Shown here: piece by piece, positions 11,859 through 23,500 of the stretch
Layout of the letters: every line of letters begins with the position of its first letter
Numbering within the stretch: position 1 is the stretch's first letter
Source: Squalus acanthias
Lineage: Eukaryota
Assembly: GCA_030390025.1 (NCBI GenBank)
Contig: CM059433.1
Location: 13,394,001-13,458,000, forward strand
DNA length: 64,000 nt
Reading direction: 5' to 3'
The notes under the pieces: model-generated
Seen by the model: only the letters and a program-made list of their open reading frames with translations
The model's database searches: none
What the model was told of the DNA's origin: nothing
Program-made: the position numbers and the translations under genes

Positions 11859-13951
11859 CTATTGCAAATTGTACTTATTACAAGGAGTGGGCTCACTGGG
11901 CTGAGCTGCCATTTCTTGCTCCACATCCTGCATCCTTCCACTATTTCAGGCACCAAAGGCACATTTTGTGATATATATTCTTTTGCATCTTCTTTCCTTG
12001 CCAGGATAGCATAATGTAACACATCAGTTGTCAGCCATTCAACTATGTAATAAAGGATCCTTTATGAAATGCAATAAGGAGGGATGCGTTTCCTACATTG
12101 TTGTATTTAAATCCACTAAATTAAGCCTCTCCTAAAATGATAGAAACAGATTTAGTGGAGTGCTCCAATCCCTCTGATGAAGGGTTCAGCAGACGTGCAG
12201 TCTGCCAATTCTGCCACAGGGGTTACTCCCCCTACCAGTTTTGTTTTCTCTGATGTACTTTTTCTCATCATTTTTTTTTTCCAATTCTCTCCTCAAAAGG
12301 AGTGAAAATGCATATTTCATAGAGAGAAGCCAGCAGATGACATCACTCGAAAACCAAATGTGCTTTGGCAGCGCTTCGGGAACAGGCTGCAACTGTATTT
12401 CCAAATTATAATGTCTTGCATTTTAAGATCCATCGATTGGTTAAGTTCCAAATAAAAGCTGAACTCTTCTTATGTGGGTGTGTTGAGTATGTAACTTGAG
12501 ATACAGAGATATTGCAGATTTGTGCGCCGTGTTAAAGGATTTGAATGTTGAATTTTCCCCCAGCTACATAGTGAATAGGATTAGCTCATAACGACCGTAG
12601 CATTTCCAACTGCTCACTTTTCCCAGAAAAGATCACAACCAGCAAGTTATACAGCTGCTTGGATGGTCCTTTAGCTGCTCGACTGGCTACCCTAGTAAAT
12701 ACATAGTTCAAAATAATGTACAATTGTAATTATGGAGGAGCAAGAAATAACTGCTGCAGCTATGGCGGCTCTCGACCTTGCACAGGCAAAGGTAGTCAAT
12801 CACGGAGGGGATTAATTACCTTAAAATTCATGAGAAGAGCCGTCGGGGTTACCCTGGTGTAGCAGCTTTGGGCTGCTCGACTCTCCACTGGTTGATTGAG
12901 TGGGGTGACACTAACGGGACCTTACAGGGTGGGATCCTTGTCCCAACTATGCAACTTCTGCCAGTGGAGCGGGCTCCCGGTCCACTCACAGAGAAATAGC
13001 CCAGCTTGTTTTGGTGCATAATTGTCCCAGGCTTTCTGGCCGACTGGTCAGTTTGTTGGCTTATCGGGGCTGGGGGGGGCGGCAGTGAACTGGGCCAAAA
13101 AAGTGCTTGAGGGCCTGCTTCACCTTTTCTGGAGGGCAGGCCCAGTGGTCTAAAATTTGCCTGCCCATATGTGGGGTGGTCACACATGAATTAAATTAAA
13201 ATACAGCCTCTGCTGTATTTCCTGCCATGTGCCTTCGTTGAACACCAGATGCTGGGGCCGCCTGTTAGGCCCGGTTTTCAGTGTTTAAATTTCCTTTGTC
13301 TCCCTTAATTTTTGAAAACCTGCCTTGTTCCAGCTGTGTCGTCAAAAGTCTTCAGTGAGATGTTGATAGGCCAGAGAGACTCATGGAAGTGATGCAGTGA
13401 ATTGCCCTATAAGGTTAATAGGTCCAGTCCACAGATTAGCGCAGCAGATGCAACCGTTATATATTTTTTTAATCTTCTGCGAAGAGGTGGTTAAACTTGT
13501 AACTACTGCCCAATCTACAATGTTTCATTGCTACTGTTCCCTTCTCCATTTACTGTTTTTTTTTACAGTTTATAGCGCAGGCTTTGAACTAATAGAATGC
13601 GTGAGGGCACGTGCTTATCACCAGTAAGTTGAAATACAGTGACAAGGGCTTTCTGTTCACCCCATAGGCTTGCTACAAATGACCTAGGTAGGGGTTGGGT
13701 AAAGGCACACTGTGTCATTGAGAGAGAGAGAGAGAGAGAGAGAATGCCCACAGCAGTTGTCTGAGAAAAATATTTGGAGTTAAAACCCCCAAAATGAACA
13801 GCCAGCATCCTCAATGCCATGACCACCATATAGCATACATAGAAACAATGCAGGAAGAAGATTAATGACCTTATAAGACAGCTACAATTACCTTCTATTA
13901 ATGCAGTAAACTAAGCATGTTTGATACTTACAATAACCTCAGCCTCACATT

Positions 13952-14290
13952 GGGGGCGATTTTGCCAATGGGGGCGCGTTGGAGGCGGGACTGCTGCTTG
14001 TCGGGTTTTAGTCCCGCCTCCATCGACTTCTGGCCAACCCACTCTATTTTCCCTTGATTGACCTTGTAATCTGCCAGGTGGCACGTACACCAAGAGAAAA
14101 ATGGTGTTCTGACCGTTTGCCCACAGCAAAAATGGGAGCCACCTGGCGGCCCAGGCCTGGGTCTACCAGCCGCGTGTATGAAAATATGAAAAGGAGGGTG
14201 GAAAAAGAGCACCAGGCCCCTCAAATCTGCCTATTTAGACACGGTGAAACCAAGCACACCCTGAGAAAATTGGGCGGCATGCAAAATGGG
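13952..14290 (-). mobile_element. Terminal fragment of the Harbinger-MITE family seen at 34230-35106
   Basis: GGGGGCGATTTTGCCAATGGGGGCG... matches the reverse complement of 35000-35106. Confidence 0.55.
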
Positions 14291-14934
14291 CTGCTGATTT
14301 GCCATCTCAAGATCATTTTCACCCCTTATATTTTGGAGCTAGGAATCGAAAACACACCAGGATTTTTTTAATGATTAACTGCATGACTAAGACCCTCCCC
14401 TTTGAGTTGTCCAGTGATGCAAAAGACCTGAAGATCGACAGTTGTGAAGGTAAATGTGTAATTGTTTTATTGTAAGAAAATATCAAAAGTGAGATAAAGC
14501 ATGGCATTTATCTGAAGTAACTGGCATGAAAAATAATCAAAGTATTAAAGGAGCTAAACAGCAGTCAACATGGTTTTAGACAGAGAAGATCCTGCCTGAT
14601 CAACCTCCATGATTTCTCCAAGAACGTGACAACCCTACGATGTTGTGTACTTTGAATTTCAAAAGGCATTTGATAAAGTTTCACATGTTACTAGCAAGCT
14701 CAAAGCTGAGGGGATTTCCAGACAAAACTAGCTGAAGGGTAGACAACAACAGGTACTGGTTCGAGGGGTAATGTCAGGATGGGGAGGGGGCGGGGGGAGT
14801 ACAGAGTGGGGGGCCCAGGGCAGTGTCGGGACCACTGCTGTTTCTAATTCATACCAATGTTTTGTATTCAGAAACGTCATGCAGATTGGTCAAATTTGCA
14901 GATGTTTGCAAACTTGAAGCGGCAGTGGAATCGA

Positions 14935-16375
14935 AGGTGGTACCCTTGTTTAAAAAGGGAGAAAAGGATAGACCGAGTAATTACAGGCCAGTCAGCCTAA
15001 CCTTGGTGGTGGGAAATTATTGGAAAGAATTCTGAAGGACAGGATAAATCTTCATTTAGAAAGACACGGATTAATCAAGGCTAGTCAGCACGGATTTGTT
15101 ATGGGAAGGTCGTGTCTGACAAACTTGATTGAATTTTTTGAGGAGGTAACAAGGAGGGTAGATGAGGGTAGTGTATTTGATGTAGTGTATCTGGACTTTA
15201 GCAAAGCTTTTGATAAGGTTCCACATGGCAGACTGGTCACAAAGTTAAAAGCCCATGGGATCCAGGGCAAAGTGTCAAGTTGGATTCAAAACTGGCTCAG
15301 AGACAGGAAGCAGAGGGTAATGGTTGATGGGTGTTTTTGTGACTGGAAGGCTGTTTCCAGTGGGGTTCCGCAGGGCTCAGTACTAGCTCCCTTGCTTTTT
15401 GTGGTATATATCAATGATCTTGACTTGAACATAGCGGGTATGATTAAGAAGTTTGCAGATGATACTAAAATCGGCTGTGTGGTTGATACTTAAGAAGGAA
15501 GCTGTAGACTGCAGGAAGATATCAATAAATTGGTCAGGTGGGCAGAACAGTGGCAAATGGAATTCAATCAGGAGAAGTGTGAGGTAATGCATTTGGGGAG
15601 GGCTAACAAGGAAAGGGAATACACATTAAATGGTAGGACACTGAGTAGTGTAGAGGAACAAAGGGACCTTGGAGTGCATGTCCACAGATCCCTGAAGGTA
15701 GCAGGGCAAATAGATAAGGTGGTTAAGAAGGCATACGGAATGCTTGCCTTTATTAGCCGTGGCATAGAATACAAGAGCAGGGGGGTTATGCTTCAACTGT
15801 ATAAAACACTAGTTAGGCCTCAGCTAGAGTCCTGCGTGCAGTTCTGGTCACCACATTACAGGAAAGATGTGATTGCACTAGAGAGGGTACAGAGGAGATT
15901 TACAAGGATGTTGCTGGGAGTAGAGAATCTTAGCTATGAGGAAAGACTGGACAGGCTGGGTCTGTTTTCCTTGGAACAGAGGAGGCTGAGGGGAGACCTT
16001 ATTGAGGTGTATAAAATTATGAGGGGCATTGATAAAGTGGATAGAAAGGACCTCTTTCCCTTAGCAGAGGGGTCAAAAAGCAGGGGGCACTGATTTAAAG
16101 TAATTGGTGGAAGGTTTAGAGGGGATTTGAGGGGAAATTTCTTCACCCAGAGGGTTGTGGGGGTCTGGAACTCACTGCCTGAAAGGGTGGTAGAGGCAGG
16201 AACCCTCATCACATTTAAAAAGTACTTGGATGTGCACTTGGGATACTCTAACCTGCAGGGCTACGGACCAAGAGCTGGGAAGTGGAATTAGGCTGGATAG
16301 CTCTTTGTTGGCCGGCGCGGACACGATGGGCCGAAATGGCCTCGTTCCGTGCTGTAACTTTCTATGATTCTATGA
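14935..16375 (+). mobile_element. Younger CR1 LINE, 5'-truncated RT domain to 3' tail (disrupted ORF2)
   Basis: PLFKKG..NYRPVSLT, QHGF..GRSCLTNL, YLDFSKAFDKV, GVPQGSVL, KFADDTK; frameshift near 15012, stops at 15491 and 16091; TTCTATGA tail. Confidence 0.95.
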
Positions 16376-16989
16376 GAAGGAGCAGTAATTGCAGAATGAG
16401 CTAAATCAAATATGCGAGTGGGCCGGACAATGGCAGACGGCAATTCATGCAAACCAGTGTAAAGTATCACACGTAGGAAGGAAAAATGAGCGACACTCGT
16501 ACTCCATGAATGGTGTTGAAATAGCTAAGGATGAAGTTGAAAGAATCCTGGGAGACTTAGTAGACTCAACACTCAACTTGTCCATCCAATGCAGAGCAGT
16601 AATCAATAAAACCAAAGGAATGTTGAACGACATAGAATTCAAGTCAAAGGAAGTTGTGATCAAACTATACAGTGTTCTGGTTACTGCATCCAGTTCTGGT
16701 CACTGAGAAACAAGGGAGACAGTCAAATGCAGAGAGGCTGATAATTGGTGTCAGGGATCTGAGGTATGAAGAAAGACGAAAGGGACTGAGAGGTGATCTT
16801 GTCGCGGTATACAGGATAGTAAACGGTATGGAAAAGGATCATTCGGAATACTACTTTAAAATAAACAGTAACAGTAGGACAAGGGGACACAGGTTCAAAC
16901 TAGTAAAAGGCACCTTTCTCACTGCTATCAGACGATGGCTCTTCACACCAGGATTGATCAACATTTGGAATGAACCTTCAAGCAGAGTT

Positions 16990-17330
16990 TTTTTAATTTG
17001 TTTATGGGATGTGGGCGTCGCTGGCAAGGCCAGCATTTATTGCTCATCCCTAATTGCCCTTGAGAAGGTGGTGGTGAGCCGTCTTCTTGAACTGCTGCAG
17101 TCCGTGTGGTGAAGGTACTCCCACAGTGCTGTTAGGGAGGGAGTTCCAGGATTTTGACCCAGTGACGATGAAGGATCGGCCGATATACTTCCAAGTCAGG
17201 ATGGTGTGTGACTTGGAGGGGAACTTGGAGGTGGTGGTGTTCCCATGCGCCTGCTGCCCTTGTCCTTCTAGGTGGTAGAGGTCACGGGTTTGGGAGGTGC
17301 TGCCGAAGAAGCCTTGGCGAGTTGCTGCAG
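16990..17330 (-). mobile_element. 3' end of a CR1/L2-group LINE (same family as 60605-60840)
   Basis: Shared terminus GATGTGGGCGTCGCTGGCAAGGCCAGCATTTATTGC..CCCTAATTGCCCTTGAGAAG. Confidence 0.6.
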
Positions 17331-18137
17331 TACGAGTGGCGCAGGCAAAAACCTGGAACTATATAAGAAACAATGTGATGCAGCAATTGGGGAAGTGTCG
17401 GGCTTTGAATGGATGATTTAAGATGGGCTGAATTTCCTTCCTCATCTGTAGCTATCTTGTGATCTTATACAGCTAACAGCATGTTATACGCACAGCTTTA
17501 TTTATGTATGTAACTGTGGTATAGGAAGGGAAGAGATTTATTTATTTACCGACAGGGGGTGAGGAAAACACTATTTTTGAGAAAACAAAGTGCATGTATT
17601 TCTCTCGCAAACACATTATAAAACCTACAGGATTTCCTGTCTCCTGCCTGTTTGCCAGCTCTTTGTTTCGATGCTGGAGATCTAAAGGAAGGCAGTGCTG
17701 TTAACTCTCAAGACTGGCTGCTCCACTCCTTGCTGCCTGTGCTGAACTTCCTTTTGAGGTCCGATTGGTTTTTGCAGCCACAGGAACGGTTTAAAGTAAC
17801 CTGGGATTTACTAAAAGCTGTACAATACTGGATGGAAAAAAAATCCTCCGAATACCAGGTAAAACCCCAGCAAACCACACTTATACTTGCCACATTTACT
17901 TCAAAAATAAATATCGTGCAATCTGCCTCCAAAAGCAAACAGGTGACAACCTCCTACTTACATCACTTCACTTTCATCTATCTGTCTTCTCTCATCTTTA
18001 TATTTACTTGTAGTTTCTCTGTTCTTGCCCTTTTGAAATACCATGGCGGATCTTTCATCATAGGCTGAATTGGACCAGAATGTTTGGGGAGCCATAATGA
18101 AAATTTCTGGAAAGGTTTCTGAAACCTCTTAACGTCA

Positions 18138-18745
18138 GGTGAGGGATGTTATGCTTGAACTGTATAAAACACTAGTTAGGCTGCAGCTAGAATACTGCGT
18201 GCAGTTCTGGTCACCACATTACAGGAAGGATGTGATTGCACTAGAGAGGGTGCAGAGGAGATTTACGAGGATGTTGCCTGGACTGGGGAATTTTAGCTAT
18301 GAGGAAAGATTGGATAGGCTGGGGTTGTTTTTTTTGGAATGGAGGAGGCTGAGGGGAGATCTAATTGAGGTGTATAAAATTATGAGGGGCCTAGATAGAG
18401 TGGATAGGAAGGACCTATTTCCCTTAGCAGAAGGGTCAATAACCAGGGGGCATAGATTTAAAGTAATTGGTCGGAAGTTTAGAGGGGAGTTGTGGAGAAC
18501 TTTTTTCACCCAGAGGGTGGTGGGGGTCTGGAACTCACTGCCTGAAAGGGTGGTAGAGACAGAAACCCTCATCACATTTAAAAAGTACTTGGATATGCTC
18601 TTGAAGTGCCGTAACCTACAAGGCTACGGACCAAGTGCTAGAAAGTGGGTTTAGGGTGGATAGCTCTTTCTCGGCCAGCACGGACAAGATGGACCGAATG
18701 GCCTCCTTCTGTGCTGTAAATTTCTCTGATTCTCTGATTCTATGA
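18138..18745 (+). mobile_element. CR1 LINE 3' fragment with an open ORF2 C-terminus
   Basis: LYKTLVR.QLEYCVQFWSPHY...[14 protein letters not shown]; near-identical to 15780-16375; TTCTCTGA/TTCTATGA tail. Confidence 0.93.
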
Positions 18746-19683
18746 CCTTGGAAATAGCACTGACTGGGTTGAGATAGTTTGGCGGCATTAGTTTCTATTC
18801 TTTCCTGTGCATTTATGTACAATTGATATGCTTCCTACATCAACGTGTCTTTGCCATGTGTAAAGTCTGTGTAAGCCATCCACATGGGCTTTTTCTTGGC
18901 AAAGTTCTGTTGCACCTGGTTGATGAGGTATCGGATGTTTTTCCAGCAGTATCTGTGGTGCTTGTAGTAGGTGTAAATTCCACATGTAACTACGCCGCCT
19001 CAAGGCACCCGTTTCCATCTGCTGCCTTCCGAGTGCCTGAAGGTGAACCCATGAGGATTGTTTTTGTCGGTTCACCAAGTAGCAGTTTTGATCCCTCTGT
19101 CGCCCTATTTTACGGTATGAACAGGATGATAGGCAGATTAAAATAGGAAAAACAAACAGCAGACTTGCCACAGGAAACTCGCCCGTTGGTCTAGATTTAG
19201 GTGGCCAGCGCTCCTCTCCAAAATGGAGAGGAGGGAGAGGGTGGAGATTAATTAACGTATTAAAATGAGGGTCCTATGATGCATTTATGACCCCAACGCC
19301 ACTTTTATCTGATTCAGTGCTGCCACTGCTACTTTCTAAACCCGCCCTCAAAGCATGGGCGCTACCAGCGCGGGAGGCAGCTAGTCCCAATACTACTTAA
19401 AGGGGCACTCACCTGTTCTTATTTAAATCACTGTAAATGTTTGGCAGATAGCTTGCTGTTCGTTCACAGCCATTTTTGGGAGCAGAATTGCTGTGAGTTT
19501 TGCTTGTCGTGGCCGGACAACCTTCAGTAAGCTTAAGGGGGTACTGTTTGTTTCTGAAAATGGGAATGGTTTTGGCCGTTCCATTCTGGCGAGGGGAAGA
19601 GGAGCAGCAGCAAGAGGTGGAAAGACCACAAAGAGGGGTGCTCGCAACATCCTCACCCTCCCAACAGAATATGTAGGCCCAGG

Positions 19684-20232
19684 ACATAAGAACATAAGGA
19701 TTAGGAGCAGGAGTCGGCCATACGGCCCCTCGAGCCTGCTTCGCCATTCAATAAGATCATGGCTGATCTTTGACCTCAACTCCACTTTCCTGTCCTATCC
19801 CCATATCCCTTGATTCCCCTAGAGTCCAAAAATCTATCCATCTCAGCCTTGAATATACACAACGACTGAACATCCACAGCCCTCTGGGGCAGAGAATTCC
19901 AAAGATTCACAAACCTCTGAGTGAAGAAATTCATCTTCATCTCAGTCTTAAAAGGCCAACCCCTTATCCTGGGACTATGCCCCCTAGTTCAAGACTCTCC
20001 AGCCAGGGGAAACAATCTCTCAGCATCTACCCTGTCAATCCCCCTCAGAATCTTATGTTTCAATGAGATCAACTCTCACTCTTCTAAACTCCAGAGAGTA
20101 TAGGCCCAATCTACACAATCTCTCCTCATAGGACAACCCTCTCATCCCAGGGATCAATCTAGTGAACCTTTGTTGCACCGCCTCTAAGGCAAGTACATCC
20201 TTCCTTAGATAAAGAGACCAAAACTGTGCACA
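19684..20232 (-). mobile_element. CR1 LINE 3' fragment
   Basis: CAQFWSLYLRKDVLALEAVQ.RFTRLIPGM on the minus strand; ACATAAGA tail repeats at 19684. Confidence 0.9.
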
Positions 20233-20246
20233 AACTACCTGCTGCT

Positions 20247-20461
20247 TGTCATAAATCGCAAGTAACAACCCAGAAAGTACTACTGGGCGGCCAGTGGGGG
20301 CGCCGTCCAGGGAGTATAAATACTCAGGCATGGGCCCACCTTGGGCAGAGACAATCTGGAAACAGAAAGCTAGTGACTGCTAACTAGACCTCCATGTTTT
20401 GTTACAAGTTGATTAAAGCCTTGCTTTATGTTCAAGTGCATAGTGAGTCTTTATTACGTCA
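20247..20461 (+). repeat. 5' LTR
   Basis: TGTCATAAAT...TTACGTCA; TATAAA at ~20315; ATTAAA at 20412-20417. Confidence 0.97.
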
Positions 20462-20561
20462 ATTTAATCAACTTGATATCGTCTCCACGCTTTGGGTGAT
20501 TCGGAACAACCAGCTGCAACTCGAACCACAGAAGGGAACTTGGGCAAGAAACTGATCCATC

Positions 20562-23500
20562 ATGGAAAAACTCCTTAGACCCGCTCGTCTCGACCTGGAC
20601 CCGAATGCACCTGCGGCAGCAAAGGTATGGAAGCATTGGTTTCGTACCTTTAGCAACTTTCTTGAAGAATGTGGGGCGGATGTCCCTAATAAGTTACGAA
20701 TGCTTATCAACTACGTGTCTCCTCATGTGTATGATTATATTGAGGACTGTATAGACTATGACACTGCTATCGAAATCTTACAGCAGCTATATGTCAAGTC
20801 CCCAAATGAAATCTTTGCTCGACACCTACTGGCCACAACTCGGCAGCAGCCTGGGGAATCACTCGATGAATTTCTCCAGAAACTTCGCAGGCTCAGCAAG
20901 GATTGTAACCTTAAAGCAGTTTCAGCTGAACAGTATCAAGAGGAACTAATCCGCGATTCCTTTATCAATGGAATCGCGTCCCCTTTTATACGTCAGCGCC
21001 TGCTGGAAAATAAAACCCTCAATTTACGGGCTGCTTATGACCAGGCGTGTTCCTTGGACTTGGCCAAGAAAAATGCAGACACTTATCTCCCACCACGTGC
21101 ACGGGCGGCGGCTATCTCCTTTAATGAGTCTTTCGGTAGGTCTCGGGCGGATGCCCCCACTGATGTTGACTCTACTCTAACAGACGACGAACCTACCCTA
21201 GAGGCTTTCGCTGATGATGACCCCGCCCTAGCAGCATCCTGGCAATCAGGAAGAAAGTGTTTCTTTTGTGGAGGGGCGTGCCATCACAGAAAATTTTGCC
21301 CGGCTCGTAATGTGACCTGCAATCATTGCAGCAAGAAAGGACACTTTTCCAAGGTATGCCAGTCACGGGCCTTTGCTAACAAGAAAGGCCGCTCCTCTAA
21401 AGTATACCGGTCGAGAGCTCCTGTTCGCTTCACAGCTGCTATCTATGGAGCTGCTCCTCCCCCAAGAACTACTGTTAAGGCTACAGTTGCCGAAGGGAAA
21501 ATTGCCCCTCCTCCCATCACGGCTGTTTTTCCCCAAAGTTTGTCCCATGCAGCCACGAAGGTTTCAGTAAATGGGCACACTCTAAGCGCGCTAATCGACT
21601 CCTGCAGCTCTGACAGCTTCATTAGTAAGCGGGCTGTCAACAGGTTAAAACTGCACATTTATCCCTCGGACAGGGAGATTGCAATGGCTCTGACGACTCT
21701 GACCACCAATTCTTCTGGCTTCTGTCTGGTCAACCTCATCCTCAACGGCCGCACGTATCTCTCCACCCGGCTCGGAGTACTCGCAAACTTATGCAGCGAT
21801 GTGCTTCTGGGACAGGACTTCCAGAAGCAGCACAAGAAGATCACTTTTGAGTTTGGAGGGTCAAGGCCGGAGCTTACCATTTCTAAGGTGCCGTTTTGTG
21901 CACTCTCGGCGGCCTTACTCGGTGAACCCTCCCTGTTTGCCAATCTTCCCCCCCGCTGTAAACCTATAGCCATCAAATCGCAGCGCTTTAGCCAAGACGA
22001 TCGAGCGTTTATTGAGGCGGAAATCTCTCGCCTTTTAGTCGACGGTATTATCGAGCCATGTTCATCTCCCTGGCGGGCTCAGGTCGTCATCGTGAGGAAT
22101 CCCTTAAAACAACATAAAAAACGTCTGTGTATCGATTATTCGCAGACTATTAATCTATATACCGATCTGGATGCCTACCCGCTGCCACGCATAGATGACA
22201 TGGTCAACAACCTTGCCAAATACAAGGTATTCTCGACCTTCGATTTAAAAAGCGCGTACCATCAGGTGCCACTGCAAGACTCTGACAAGAAGTATACGGC
22301 CTTTGAGGCCAATGGTCGGCTTTTCCAGTTTCGCCGCCTTCCATTCGGGGTCACCAATGGGGTGGCCGTCTTCCAACGGGCCATGGATGGCCTAGTCCGG
22401 CAAGAGAACTTGACGGATACCTTTCCGTATTTAGACAATATCACTATTGCCGGCCATGATCAAAAGGAGCATGACGCCAATCTTCAGAGATTTTTTGACG
22501 TACTCCGCCGTCGCCACTTAACGTTAAACGAATCCAAATCGGTGAAGTCGGTGCCATCGGTGAACATTCTTGGCTACTGGGTGGGCAACGGTGTTATTAA
22601 ACCGGACCCAGAGCGACTTCGTCCACTTCAGGAGCTCCCTCCCCCGACGAACCTCGGCTCTCTTCGTCGGGCACTTGGCATGTTTGCTTATTACGCAAAA
22701 TGGATACCACACTTCTCCGATAAAATACAGCCCCTGCTCCATGCGAAGTCTTTTCCATTGGAAGCTACGGCTATTTCTGCCTTCAACCTCCTCAAACGAC
22801 AGCTGGAGAAAGCCACGCTTCGCTCCATTGACGAAAATCTTCCTTTTGTGGTCGAATGCGATGCATCGGAGGTGGCGATCTCCGCTACCTTGAATCAAGG
22901 TGGCCGACCCGTGGCATTCCTATCCAGAACCTTGCAGGGTAGCGAGCTCCATTACCCCCCCGTCGAGAAGGAGGCTACGGCCATCATCGAGGCTGTACGC
23001 CAATGGGGTCATTTTCTTGCTCGGCGTCATTTTACGCTTATAACTGACCAGCGCTCTGTGGCCTTCATGTTGGATAACCGGAGGCGCACGAAAATCAAAA
23101 ATAATAAAATTCAACTCTGGAGGATGGAGCTGGCTGCCTTTGGATATACTATCTGTTACCGACCCGGCAAACAGAACGTGGCCCCAGATACCTTCACACG
23201 GGCATTTTGCTCCTCAATGTCAACGTCGACTCTGGCGGATTTGCATATGGACTTATGCCATCCTGGTGTGACCCGCATGTTGCACTTTGTGCGCTCCAAA
23301 AATCTACCATTTTCAACCGAGGACGTAAAGAAAACATGCTCCTCCTGTAGGATTTGTGCAGAATTGAAACCACAATTCTTTCGCCCATCAGATGGCTTAC
23401 TCATACATGCAATGCAGCCTATGCAGAGGCTCAGCATAGACTTTAAAGGGCCATTGCCTTCGTCGACAAGGAACACCTACCTACTTACGATGGTGGACGA

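Larger units (their letters stand above)
14520..17465 (+). mobile_element. Old CR1 LINE (14520-14934, 16376-16985, 17330-17465) interrupted by younger insertions
   Basis: Decayed RT motifs (QHGF, KAFDKV, VKFAD) that continue after the inserted younger CR1. Confidence 0.7.

Noticed and set aside
12174..12200. CTGATGA as a hammerhead core
   Set aside because: No stem II followed by GAAA and no stem I pairing
19000..19075. In-frame TGA codons as selenocysteine
   Set aside because: No recognisable selenoprotein motif or SECIS element; decay of a relic is the simpler explanation
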